Of a DNA stretch of 64,000 nt, positions 40,841-50,894 are shown piece by piece; position 1 is the first letter of the stretch, and each line of letters begins with the position of its first letter. Location of the stretch: NCBI GenBank assembly GCA_963705505.1, contig CAVPJU010000006.1, forward strand, positions 736,001 through 800,000, given 5' to 3'. The notes under the pieces are model-generated. The model had not been told where the DNA came from. It was given only the letters and a program-made list of their open reading frames with translations, and searched no databases. This DNA comes from an uncultured bacterium. GTDB taxonomy: Bacteria > Desulfobacterota_D > UBA1144 > Nemesobacterales > UBA2774. The position numbers and the translations under genes are program-made.

Positions 40841-43123
40841 TCTCGTATACGTATAACTTGACGTTATCATCCAGATTGAAGCTATTCGGGAGTTTCCTGA
40901 ATTCATACCGATCCCTTCATTTTTAGAAATTTTTTCGGCGGGTATCGATATTACACCTGGTCCTTTTCACCTAAGTGATATTGAATCGGATCGGCTATTA
41001 TCAAATATTTAGAGTGGAATAATTCAAATGGGAGTCCGTCTCTTTTGCACGTCGGCCGTTAACTCGGGTTCAAAAGCTTACATTATCGGCATGGATCTAT
41101 ACATCCGATTCCTGCCCTCACGGATTTTTATGAAGTTTGTGGTAGTATATATGAATATAAACGATTGATATAATAAGAATTAAACTCACTATACATATAT
41201 TTGTCAAAAGGGTGTTGCCATTTAGGAATAATACGAGCTTTTTATTTCCTATATTTTCAATGCTTTTGCTACTAATAAGTAACATGCGGAACTGGCTACT
41301 ACGTATATTCGAAAGTCGCGGCAGGTTAATTGGCGAAACAATACTGGTTCGACGAATTCAACAAGTACGTAAGAAGAAGTACCAAAATTCTTGCAATATG
41401 GATCGCCTTAAGTGGTTTGAATAACCTTCTTTGGGACAAGAGAATTGATGAAGCTTTTAAAGTCATATATTTTCGAGTAATTAATTATTCCGATGATGGA
41501 TAATAAAGTGAACATGAGGTATAAATTCCTTGATTCGGTGTAGGTCTTGTAAATGAATATCATTTCTGTAAGTGTGGGTATCGGTATCCAAAACGCTATG
41601 GACTGAGGCTTATCGAAGTTCGGTATAAACGTGTAAGCAAACGTCGTGATGATAAAGACCAGATAAATGAATATATAGATGATTCTTGGCAGTAAATTCT
41701 TAAAGAATGAAACGGACCTCTCAATGAACATAGCCGCTAGGATGAGAAAAGCAGAACTGATCAATAAATATTGATGGAAATCGAATGATTGGACTCTCGT
41801 AAAAGCGATTATAATTATAACTGCCTGTAGTGCAATAAAGAGAATGAAATATCTTATACGCTTTATCCGTATTGAAAAAAATAAACCTAAAATAGATAGT
41901 ATTGAAAACAATAGGCCGAAATGATTCGGGAAATCGAGAGCTCTGTGCATCCACGATAAATTGTGTTTGTAGGCTCCGTAAACACTTGACCAATCTGTTG
42001 TGATTTGTTTTTTCAGCAGAGGTTCTGCAATGATAAAATAAGAAATTATATATACCGCACAAACTATAATCAGGTTTCTTATCAGTTTGAGATAATCCTT
42101 GTAGCTCTTTGCTTCGTTTATAGCAATAAATGAAAACCTTTCAAGAAATGCGGCGATAAAAAAGGCTATAACCCAAAAATTATAATATCTTCTGTTTATG
42201 CTGATTATAAATAAACAAATAGCTGTAAGGAAAAGCAAGATCAGATTTTGTTTTTCAGGCGGTCTTTCCACATATATCAATAATATTAGTCCTATGAAAA
42301 CAATCCCGCCTACGTCCGGATATCCGCGAAGAGTCGGGACCCTTCGGGACTATATAATGAGTGGTTGCAAAGAGAATTATTTTTACTAAATGAAAAAGAC
42401 CGAATATAGAGTTTGTAAATTTTGGTGTTGAAGGTACAATGACAGTATTTACGGTTTCAGATAAAAGAAAACTTGTTTGATCGCGTATAGTATTGACTGA
42501 TTATGGAGAATACTAGCGTGAACAATATACACATGACTGATGGAATTATTGTATAATTTTGATATTGTGGTTGAAAATAAAACTAAAACTTATTTATATA
42601 CTAAAAAAGAATTTTTTTGAAAAATTTATAAAGCTCATAGAGATCCGAATAATGTCATTCTAACTTGTTATAAGAATCAGAGTATATGCTCAATTTTGTT
42701 GTTTTTAAGTGTCAAAAAATAGTTAGATCGGTATCCTGACGATATGAATTTATTATTTTTTCCGATAGGTAAGTTAATATGATTATGGAAGGTAAAAGAT
42801 AAATATTGGAAATCGCCAGAATATAGCCGATTCTGGATTCGCCAAACAAGTAGTAGAACGGGAGTAGTGGTATAACGGGGAGATAGTTATAGTCGTTAAT
42901 AGTATCTAATTGAAGTTAAAATGTCCTTAATACTTGCTATCGGAGTGCGTACCAGGTTGTGCCCGATATAGGTATATTGTTCCCAATATCCTACGAGGTC
43001 CCAGTTATAGATATAATGTTCTTGTTTGATATAAAAAATCGTAAAGGCATTTACGAATACAATTGATAGGAATAATGCTATCAGGTATCGATAATTTATA
43101 ATTTTTAATTTGATATTACTCAT
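40841..43123 (-). pseudogene. Fragmented multi-pass membrane protein (GT-C / PMT-ArnT-like glycosyltransferase candidate)
   Basis: Pieces YIYNWD..GYW, DYNYLP, VPTLRGYPDVGG, RRYYNFW, QSFDFHQY, KRDGLP..ADPIQYHL..YVYE, separated by frameshifts and two unrelated AT-rich segments. Confidence 0.5.
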
Positions 43124-43326
43124 CGGAAGTTATTTGTTTGTCGAGTTACCCTTTTACCCTCGCCCAAAAGCTGTAAGGTAATAATAAGAGGTTCCTGACT
43201 TTTTGAAATGCTTGTACATACTCATTCGTCCTCATGTTTGAAAGCGCCGAACGGGAGCACTCAAAGTCTCTATCTTTCCCCTTGCGCTGTCAAGTGGGGA
43301 AAACGGAGGATCCCCAGCTGCGGCTT

Positions 43327-44244
43327 TCAATTTCTCGAGTACACATCTTCCCTTGCGTGACGGCTGTAATAATCCAGACATTCCGTTTCTCGGCCGCGTA
43401 TGACCCTCCTTCCCGATAACCTTCCCTGCCACTCCGTGACCACCGTGCACTGGTCCTCTTCCCCGTCCTTCTCATAGTAGACAATGACCCAGTCCCTCAT
43501 CCTGCCGAGTTTGTGCGCAAGAGGCGAGTTCGAGTAAAGTACGGTGAATGCCCAGCCGTCCTTTTCTTTGTGATAGATCGGGAGCCATTTTTCACCCGAC
43601 GGGTTAAAACGCTTGGGTGCGATTTTCTTGAGCTCCCCGCGAGCCGCTTTTTCCCTGTACTCCCTGTCGGATTCCAGCACAAGCTCGACGCCGGGTTTAT
43701 GAAGGTCGAGCTCTCTCATCTCATGCTCGAGCCAGCGGAGCCTCCGTGCACGGCGCCTGGAGGCCTTGGACAGAATCCCCGACAGGGTGTCTCTAATGCC
43801 CTGGACCTTTCTCCTGCCGAGGCCGGGGACTTTATAAAGAGTGCCGTCGTGCGCCGCTATTTCGAGCTCCTCTAAAGTCTCGATGCCGAGCGTCTTGTGT
43901 ATCTCGCGAGCCGTCTTCTCGCCTATCCCCGGTACTGTCTCGAAAAGCTCCTCCGGCGAGACCTGTCCTTCGAGCCTCTCGAGAAGCCCTATGCGTCCCG
44001 TGGAGAGGAGTTCCGATATGGCAGCCGCTATGCTCTTTCCGATTCCGGGCAGCGCTTCGAGTCCCTTTATACCCTCGGATTCGAATATCTGAGGGACCGG
44101 GGTTTCGGAGTCCCTGACCGTGTTAGCCGCGTTGAGATAAGCCCTCACGCGGTAGGTGCCGGCCCCCTGGACTTCGAGCAGCGATGATATACGCTCGAGG
44201 GCATCCGCTATTTCTTCATTGCTGAATGCAGGACCCTTTGTCAT
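43327..44244 (-). CDS. Helix-hairpin-helix DNA-binding protein (PolX N-terminal-like domains plus a distinct C-terminal domain)
   Basis: NEEIADAL...YRVRAY, LPGIGKSIA, VPGIG, VPGLG HhH motifs; no polymerase palm or PHP domain. Confidence 0.8.
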   Translation of the reverse strand: MTKGPAFSNEEIADALERISSLLEVQGAGTYRVRAYLNAANTVRDSETPVPQIFESEGIKGLEALPGIGKSIAAAISELLSTGRIGLLERLEGQVSPEELFETVPGIGEKTAREIHKTLGIETLEELEIAAHDGTLYKVPGLGRRKVQGIRDTLSGILSKASRRRARRLRWLEHEMRELDLHKPGVELVLESDREYREKAARGELKKIAPKRFNPSGEKWLPIYHKEKDGWAFTVLYSNSPLAHKLGRMRDWVIVYYEKDGEEDQCTVVTEWQGRLSGRRVIRGRETECLDYYSRHAREDVYSRN

Positions 44245-44372
44245 TGTTAATGTAGCTTCGTTTGAATATTGAGAGGATAAGGGAAACGTGCGCGGGTTGC
44301 AAGAATCCCGTTTTGACGCTTATTCCGCCTGAATCCGTCTGGAATTCTATGTTACTTGCTGTTAAGAAAGAG

Positions 44373-44413
44373 ATACGCAGAAAGGGGGTCCGTCCGACCC
44401 CCTTTCTGCGTAT
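44373..44413 (-). terminator. Terminator-like hairpin downstream of the GT2 gene
   Basis: Perfect 18-bp stem ATACGCAGAAAGGGGGTC/GACCCCCTTTCTGCGTAT, 5-nt loop, pyrimidine tract on the minus strand. Confidence 0.75.
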
Positions 44414-44450
44414 TGAGTTTCCTGTAAGATTAAGATCGAAAGATGCGATC

Positions 44451-46358
44451 TTATTTCGTTATGTTTCTTTTTATAGGCTGGTATTGATTCGGGCTTGAAT
44501 TCGGAACAGGTTTTGTGACAAAGCTCTTGGATTCCTGAGATTTGCGTAAATCGTGTTCCGCAAGCAAGGCTAAAGCCGGCGCGGCGAGGTATTCAGCGCT
44601 TTTAAGTATCATCACCGAGCCCAGCATAAAGTGAAAGCCCATGTCAGGCAGCATGAAGAGCGATACCCCGCCCAGCAGGAGAATTGAAATACCTATGAGG
44701 GTTTCGGTCTGCGCCGAGCTCAGGGCTCCCAATCCCAGAGGAAGGGATTTGAATTTATTCGTCCTTTGCCATGCTATCTCTTTTGTAAACAAACAGGATA
44801 TGCTCGCGATGATGTACGTATGGCTCAAAGCGTTATTAGCAATAAACGCTCCTATCGTGTCCTTGAAGGAACACTTGAGATACACATGATACGTCAGCCA
44901 TCTCAATGTGGCCCCGCATACGAGAACAACCAGAGACGTAATCCAGAGCGCTTTCGGCACGCCGACTACCTCGTGATGAAGCACCATCGATACAAGCGCC
45001 GCGAGCCCGAACGGTATAAAGAAAGCTCCGAGGCCCAGGTTCAAATAGCCGAACCCGTGGTTCAAATGGTGGACTTTCTGAAGCACGGTCATCGCCGAGG
45101 ATTTAGCGATGAACTTGGGTAAATAGAGCCTGACGTGGCGCTTTAATTCCTGGACAGGCCCGTATGTCCATCTGAAACGCTGTTTTTTGTAGCCTAAAAA
45201 TGTTTCGGGTATGAGTCCGCGTCCGAATGTTTCGTTTGTATATACGGAAGAGTATCCCGCTGCGTGAATACGTATCGACAACTCCGAGTCCTCTGTCTGG
45301 CACCACTCTGCCCATCCGCCCGCTTCTTCGAGCGCCTTTTTTCTAATGAGGCACATGGTCCCTACTGTGAGAGCGGCGTCCCGCTCGTTGAGGCTCGGCA
45401 TAATTGTTTCAAAGAAGTATTTGTACTCCCAGTAACACATCCTCTGATACAGGCTTTGCTCCCACTCTCTATAGTCGTGGGGACTCTGTACGAAACCGAT
45501 TTTTGGATCTTCGAAATAGCCCGCAAGCCGATCGAGAAAATCCGGCTCGACCTGGTAATCGCTGTCTACGACGCCTATGATTTCAACGTCCGAGGAAGTG
45601 TGCCTGAGCGCAAAGTTAAGGGCTCCGGCTTTTGCGCCTTTCAGCGGGTCCACATGGAAGAACCTGAACCTCTCTCCTAACTTGGCGCAGTGCTGCTCGA
45701 CCGGCTTCCAGAGATCGGGGTCTTTGGTATTATTGTCTATAACCATGACCTCGAAGTTCGGATAATTAAGCCTGGCTATACTGTCGAGCGTGGCGATTAC
45801 AACATCAGGGGGCTCGGAGTAAGCCGGTACCTGAAGACAAACCCTCGGATATCTGTTCAGTTTCCCAGGCGGAAGCGGGCTGTTCGGTCTCGCCCATTTA
45901 ACTTTCCCGAGGACTTCCCACTGCTCGAATGCCGTGATGATTCCGCCAAATAAAGTCAGGAATAGCAGCGGGTAGCCTATGTACATCAGCACGCGTGTGA
46001 CCGTACTGACGTCTATGGACGTTATAAACCAGAACCCCCATATTATTCCGAAGAATGTAAAGAGGGCATAGGTTACCAGCAGGAGCCTTCCTGCGATCGT
46101 GAAATTTTTTAAAAGCCTGTGTGATATAAGTATCGTGGTCACACTTAATGCCGAAAGTATAGCAATTTCCGGCGCGGAATATCCGAGAACCCAGATAATC
46201 AAAGCTGCAACTATATTGACGTTCATATACTCGAGGAAGCTGTAATAATGCTTTTCCTTGCCTATCAGGTTTTTTACAGTGATCAATAAAACCGACAGGG
46301 CAAAACTTACAGCCGAGTATATGTAGCCAGCACTAATTAACTCGCCAAAATTAAACAT
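44451..46358 (-). CDS. Processive GT2 glycosyltransferase, NdvB/NdvC-like beta-glucan synthase
   Basis: VIDNNT, KAGALN, DSD, TED, QRFRW motifs; N- and C-terminal TM helices. Confidence 0.85.
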   Translation of the reverse strand: MFNFGELISAGYIYSAVSFALSVLLITVKNLIGKEKHYYSFLEYMNVNIVAALIIWVLGYSAPEIAILSALSVTTILISHRLLKNFTIAGRLLLVTYALFTFFGIIWGFWFITSIDVSTVTRVLMYIGYPLLFLTLFGGIITAFEQWEVLGKVKWARPNSPLPPGKLNRYPRVCLQVPAYSEPPDVVIATLDSIARLNYPNFEVMVIDNNTKDPDLWKPVEQHCAKLGERFRFFHVDPLKGAKAGALNFALRHTSSDVEIIGVVDSDYQVEPDFLDRLAGYFEDPKIGFVQSPHDYREWEQSLYQRMCYWEYKYFFETIMPSLNERDAALTVGTMCLIRKKALEEAGGWAEWCQTEDSELSIRIHAAGYSSVYTNETFGRGLIPETFLGYKKQRFRWTYGPVQELKRHVRLYLPKFIAKSSAMTVLQKVHHLNHGFGYLNLGLGAFFIPFGLAALVSMVLHHEVVGVPKALWITSLVVLVCGATLRWLTYHVYLKCSFKDTIGAFIANNALSHTYIIASISCLFTKEIAWQRTNKFKSLPLGLGALSSAQTETLIGISILLLGGVSLFMLPDMGFHFMLGSVMILKSAEYLAAPALALLAEHDLRKSQESKSFVTKPVPNSSPNQYQPIKRNITK

Positions 46359-46627
46359 CTAAGTATGATCCTCCTTTCAGAATCTGAACATTAGCTTGAT
46401 ATGCATAAAAGCTTCCTACCAATTTCACCTTTGATATTCTCATTCTTCCTGCCTGTTTTTAGATTTAAAACGGAAACAAATTTAATACCGCAATGCTATA
46501 AGTTTTAATTATTCGGTAGTATTCATGGAAGGGATGATAACCAGAGTCTCTTTAAGGCCGTAGTCTTTAATTTAAATGTTGTAACCTGTGTTTTAAACAC
46601 TTTTATTTGCATTTGCTCTTAATATAA

Positions 46628-46643
46628 TGCAAGTAATATGCCA
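46628..46643 (-). promoter_or_regulatory. Sigma54 (-24/-12) promoter
   Basis: Minus strand TGGCATATTACTTGCA = TGGCAY-N5-TTGCA. Confidence 0.8.
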
Positions 46644-46712
46644 TTTCAAGATTATATCAATATCTAATGATCATAATGGATTAGGAGATCTATTCGGCCC
46701 GTTTTTAGAATA

Positions 46713-46755
46713 ATTGTGTAATTTTACACTTCCTGACTGTGCGCAATTACACAAT
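46713..46755. promoter_or_regulatory. Tandem enhancer (UAS)-like palindromes
   Basis: TGTGTAATTTTACACT and TGTGCGCAATTACACA, 23 bp apart; outer arms ATTGTGTAATT/AATTACACAAT. Confidence 0.6.
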
Positions 46756-46974
46756 AGACTTTCGATTCAATTTTTTTGCTGTCGGAGTTAGTTAAATGAG
46801 GCGTCGGCTCGGTTCAATCCAGCGGGGTTTGGCGGTGTTTCGAAGCCGGATCGTCCCTCCGCCTTAAACTCGGGAAAAAGCCGACTGATATATCAATGTT
46901 TACAGTAGGTTATGCATAGAGAGGCCGGATACGCGTCCTATTTTGCAGGAAAGCCCCGTACGGACTCGAATGAG

Positions 46975-49200
46975 CTAATTTCTTCTGCTTATCATCAGGA
47001 TAGGACAGTCGGTTTCCCGCGCGATCCTGAGTGTAAGTTCGCCCATGGATTTTTGACGTCTGCCGAGCCTCTGAGTCCCCAGTATTACGAGATCGCTTTC
47101 GGTGACACGGCTTATTATATGACCTGCAATGTCGTCCGATTTCTCTACTTTTATTTTGATATCGCCCTGCGCGGCCTGGTCTGCGGCGTAAAGGAATAGC
47201 TCCTTCCGCGCCCTGTCATTGGATCTCCAATCCGCGTCCTCGGGAAGTACCCTCAGAAAAGTGATTTCCGGGTTTCTCGAACGGCAAATACTGCCCAATA
47301 GTCGTGCGAGGAGTTCCCCGTGACCGCCCCTGCCTGCGACCGGAACGAGGATGCGTTTTGCATCGAGTATCTGCCACTCGCGAGGAGCGCGAAGTATGAC
47401 CACATCGCTGTCGACGCTGTTCAGAAGTTTTTCCAGATTGTTCTCGGTATCGCTGTCGGTAAATTGTGTTAAACCGAGAAGCAGACTTTCGCACCTGTGG
47501 GTCTCGGATACGCGTATGATCTCGGGCCAGGGTTTTTCGGCTATTGTAATCAGGGCCTCGGGAGATAATCCGATGTTGAGTGAGGCGGAAACCGCCTCTC
47601 TCAACACTTCCTGGGCATTTATGACAAGATCCCGGTTCCCGCTGCGGTCCGGTTCGCCCCTGGTGATGACGACGGAGAGTAGGAGCACCCTGCCGATCTC
47701 GGGGGGAGCGAGCGCGTTTGCCACGGCGACCATAGGGGCTGCATTCGTGGGGTTCGCTATCGGAACCAGCACGAGAGGACTCCTCCCTCTCAACTTCACG
47801 AGCTCGGGATCGAAACCCTCTGATGAAGCGTCGAAAATCCTTGCGCTCCGTCCGAAGAGGATCATGTACAAACCTCCCCCGATGAAGAGCCATACAAGCG
47901 CGATCAATCCCGCCGCCGGGACTTTAATGCCCTGAAAGATCGCGAGGCCCAGGCATGCGGCAATTCCGATAATCGGGATATATGGAAAAAGCGGTGTTCT
48001 GAACGAGTGGGATATCTTACCTCTCCTGCGTCTGGCAAGGATGCCGATCCACTGGACGAGGGCGAACGACAGGAGAAAGATCAAGCTTGCCGCGGCCCCT
48101 GCCGAACCTATGTCCGGGATGACCAAAACGGTCAAAACAATAATTATTGCCGTTACCAGGACCGAATTGGCGGGGGTGCCGTGTTTTATATATATGCTAC
48201 CGAGAATTCTCGGAAGGGTCCTGTCCCTTGCCATGCTCTGGGCAATGCGCGATGCGGCAAGCATATTCGCGTAGAGAGCGGAGAGCATGGAGAGTATGGC
48301 TGCCGCAATGACGAGCCAGAACCCGAACCTGCCGAGATATGTTTCAGCGGTTAGTGCAATTATCGATTCGGGGTCTCCGATGCTCAAGGCTGTTATGGAT
48401 TCCCCGGTTTTTGTGCCGACAACCGTTATTACGAAGATCAGAGGAATGTATATCGCGAGCGCTATGATTAAAGAAAAGATCATAGCCCTCGGTATCGTTC
48501 TTCCGGGATTTTTCACTTCTCCTGCGACGGCGGCTATGAGGTCGAACCCCTGAAGTGCGATAAACGTATATCCCATGGCCTGCACCAGCCCCAGGGCCCC
48601 GAAGGCAAAGAAAGGGGTGAAATCCCTTTTGATATCGGCTGTCGACTCCCTCGTAAGCGCGCTCATTCCTGCAAGGATCAGTATGGAAAATGCGGCGATC
48701 TTTCCTATGTTCGCTATTACGCTTCCGCCGCCCTTTTTAAATATGAGACTCAGGGTGTAATAAACGATGGTGAAAACCGCTATAACGCCCGCAACACGGT
48801 CCGCTCTTATCCATTCCGGATGAAATCCCGGGATCCCCGCCAGAAGCCTCTCGACCAGGATTCCTATAAAGTAGCCGGCTCCGACGGCATAAAAAACTCC
48901 CGCCATTATCGAAGCAAACCAGACGACCCATCCGACTGCGAATGCTGCCCTGATCGACAGTACCTTTTTCGAGAAAACGTACGTCCCTCCCGATTCGGGA
49001 AACGCCGCCGACAGCTCGGCAAAGCTCAGCGCGGTAATCAGCGCGATAACTCCGTTGAGCGCAAAAGCCAGGATGGCGCTCGGACCAGTGGACGCGAACG
49101 CCACACCTGTGAGCGCCAGGATGCCTCCGCCTACAATGGCTCCCACACCGATACCGACGGCTCCAAAAAATCCGATATTTCGCTCTGCTTTCGACTCCAT
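46975..49200 (-). CDS. APC-family amino acid permease fused to two USP-like domains
   Basis: GAIVGGGI, AELSAAFPESGG, GEVKNP; C-terminal VLVPIANP and ILVPVAG...DLVILG domains. Confidence 0.88.
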   Translation of the reverse strand: MESKAERNIGFFGAVGIGVGAIVGGGILALTGVAFASTGPSAILAFALNGVIALITALSFAELSAAFPESGGTYVFSKKVLSIRAAFAVGWVVWFASIMAGVFYAVGAGYFIGILVERLLAGIPGFHPEWIRADRVAGVIAVFTIVYYTLSLIFKKGGGSVIANIGKIAAFSILILAGMSALTRESTADIKRDFTPFFAFGALGLVQAMGYTFIALQGFDLIAAVAGEVKNPGRTIPRAMIFSLIIALAIYIPLIFVITVVGTKTGESITALSIGDPESIIALTAETYLGRFGFWLVIAAAILSMLSALYANMLAASRIAQSMARDRTLPRILGSIYIKHGTPANSVLVTAIIIVLTVLVIPDIGSAGAAASLIFLLSFALVQWIGILARRRRGKISHSFRTPLFPYIPIIGIAACLGLAIFQGIKVPAAGLIALVWLFIGGGLYMILFGRSARIFDASSEGFDPELVKLRGRSPLVLVPIANPTNAAPMVAVANALAPPEIGRVLLLSVVITRGEPDRSGNRDLVINAQEVLREAVSASLNIGLSPEALITIAEKPWPEIIRVSETHRCESLLLGLTQFTDSDTENNLEKLLNSVDSDVVILRAPREWQILDAKRILVPVAGRGGHGELLARLLGSICRSRNPEITFLRVLPEDADWRSNDRARKELFLYAADQAAQGDIKIKVEKSDDIAGHIISRVTESDLVILGTQRLGRRQKSMGELTLRIARETDCPILMISRRN

Positions 49201-49392
49201 GGGTTTTATTATATATATCTGATGTGCATGATATTGTTCAGACGATTAGCGTTAGGCCCGCTCCCTTGTTTCCATAATCCCGGAAGGGCTTTCAGTCAGC
49301 TTTAATGATTTGTCGCGGGGCTGATAACTCCGGTCGCGATGAAATCGCTCCGGCCCGGTTAATTCGAAAAAAATTTGTAATAAGGCAAATGA

Positions 49393-50646
49393 TCAGTCCT
49401 TCCAGATATCGAATCTTTTTAACAGGTAGGATTTATTTTGTTCGAATATTCTTGCCTGCTCCTGAATGACCTGCTCCGCTTCATCGCTCGTCATGCTCAT
49501 GACCTGCTGACAGTAGCTCTTTACTCTCCCGAAGTAAAGAGGCGTAATGATATCCACAAGCCTTCTCTTATTTCTCTGCCACTGCTGATAGCTATAAGCG
49601 AAATCGTAAAGGATCTTGCTCCATAGCTCGGCATCGAACTCGGCTTCTTTATTGGAATTCCAGCTGTCGTATATCTCGTCGAGCCTATCCAGGTTATTGT
49701 CATTGAGTATTTCTTCATACATCGGGCGGAAGTGCCGGAATCCCTCGACGAACTCTTCGTGCAGGTCGTTCATGCTTACCGAGACCGCCTCCAGCTTGGG
49801 TTCTTCCTCGATCCTGTTGTTTATTTGAATTGCCTGGAACGGATTCTCCCTGTGCCAGTTGTGCTCGTATTTGCTCATCAGATAAAAGAAGGTGCTTACG
49901 ACCTGCCTGAACATGGGACCGAGGTCCGAAGCAGGGTCCTTTGCGCCGTGTATTTTGGTGCCGAGGTAAGTTTGGACGACTTTGAATCCCTCATTTATAG
50001 CGCAGGTGGTCATCCAGATGTCGATCCCGAAATGCGCTACGTCCGTGTCCCAAACGTCCTCCTTGACGTAGAATGCGGCCAGCTCCGGACAGAAGCCGAA
50101 GTCCCCGCCGATGGGCTGCCTCACATCGATCCCGTAAAGTGCACGGGTCAAAGGGTATACGATCTGATTTGTAATGGTTCCGTCGAATTTATGTCTTCTG
50201 TAATAAGGGGCGACGAATCCCGCCGATCCGTCGAGAATAGGTTCGACAATGAATTTGACCCATTCGGGTGTAATGCTTCTAAGGTCGGCGTCGAATACGG
50301 CTATCGCCTTTACCTTGAGCATTATCGCGAGCTCGAATACGGCCCTGAACGAAGTGCCTTTCCCTGGCAAACCCCTGTAAATCGTGACTCTCCTGCGGAT
50401 GTGTTCGGGAATCTTTGCCTGATATGCGTTCTCTCTCGTATCGTCCAGAGAGCCGCCGTCGCTTATAAATATTGCGGCTTTATATTCGGGGAAATATTGA
50501 GACAATCCCTTGGCTACCTGCTCGACGACGAAACCGATCGAGTCCTCACAGTTGTAGCAGGGTATCCCCACAAGAATATCCACGGATTTTATCTCGTCCA
50601 CCCACCACAGGACGTTCTGCCTCAGAGCCGATTCATATTTTCGCAT
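49393..50646 (-). CDS. GT-A glycosyltransferase, glucosylglycerate / mannosylglycerate synthase-like
   Basis: GIPCYN, DGGS.D, GKG, DADL, RQPIGGDF, FGIDIWMT. Confidence 0.7.
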   Translation of the reverse strand: MRKYESALRQNVLWWVDEIKSVDILVGIPCYNCEDSIGFVVEQVAKGLSQYFPEYKAAIFISDGGSLDDTRENAYQAKIPEHIRRRVTIYRGLPGKGTSFRAVFELAIMLKVKAIAVFDADLRSITPEWVKFIVEPILDGSAGFVAPYYRRHKFDGTITNQIVYPLTRALYGIDVRQPIGGDFGFCPELAAFYVKEDVWDTDVAHFGIDIWMTTCAINEGFKVVQTYLGTKIHGAKDPASDLGPMFRQVVSTFFYLMSKYEHNWHRENPFQAIQINNRIEEEPKLEAVSVSMNDLHEEFVEGFRHFRPMYEEILNDNNLDRLDEIYDSWNSNKEAEFDAELWSKILYDFAYSYQQWQRNKRRLVDIITPLYFGRVKSYCQQVMSMTSDEAEQVIQEQARIFEQNKSYLLKRFDIWKD

Positions 50647-50894
50647 GCCTTAATTATTACTCAATTATTCCTCACTATTGATTAAAAAATGTAAATATAA
50701 CATTGAATTTCTCCGGCGTGAAAAATTAAGCAACATAACTTCCTTCCATAATTGTAAATTTAATTTGTGAGGTCATTTCGGAAAACATCAGGAGTCAAAA
50801 AATTTTATGATGAATGTGCTATTAATAATATCTGAATATATTCGGGGTGTCGTTCCCGAACGGATGGCCGGTTTTTGTTTGTCCGGGCTTTGAT

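Noticed and set aside
41160..41540. Plus-strand frame interrupted mostly by TAA, suggesting TAA=Gln recoding
   Set aside because: A TGA also occurs, no protein is recognisable, and TAA is frequent by chance in AT-rich DNA.
34551..43200. tRNA-Ala as the attachment site of an integrated island
   Set aside because: No integrase and no repeat of the tRNA 3' end seen in the window.
46359..46612. Two roughly 30-codon ORFs in the GT2 leader
   Set aside because: No informative composition or other support.
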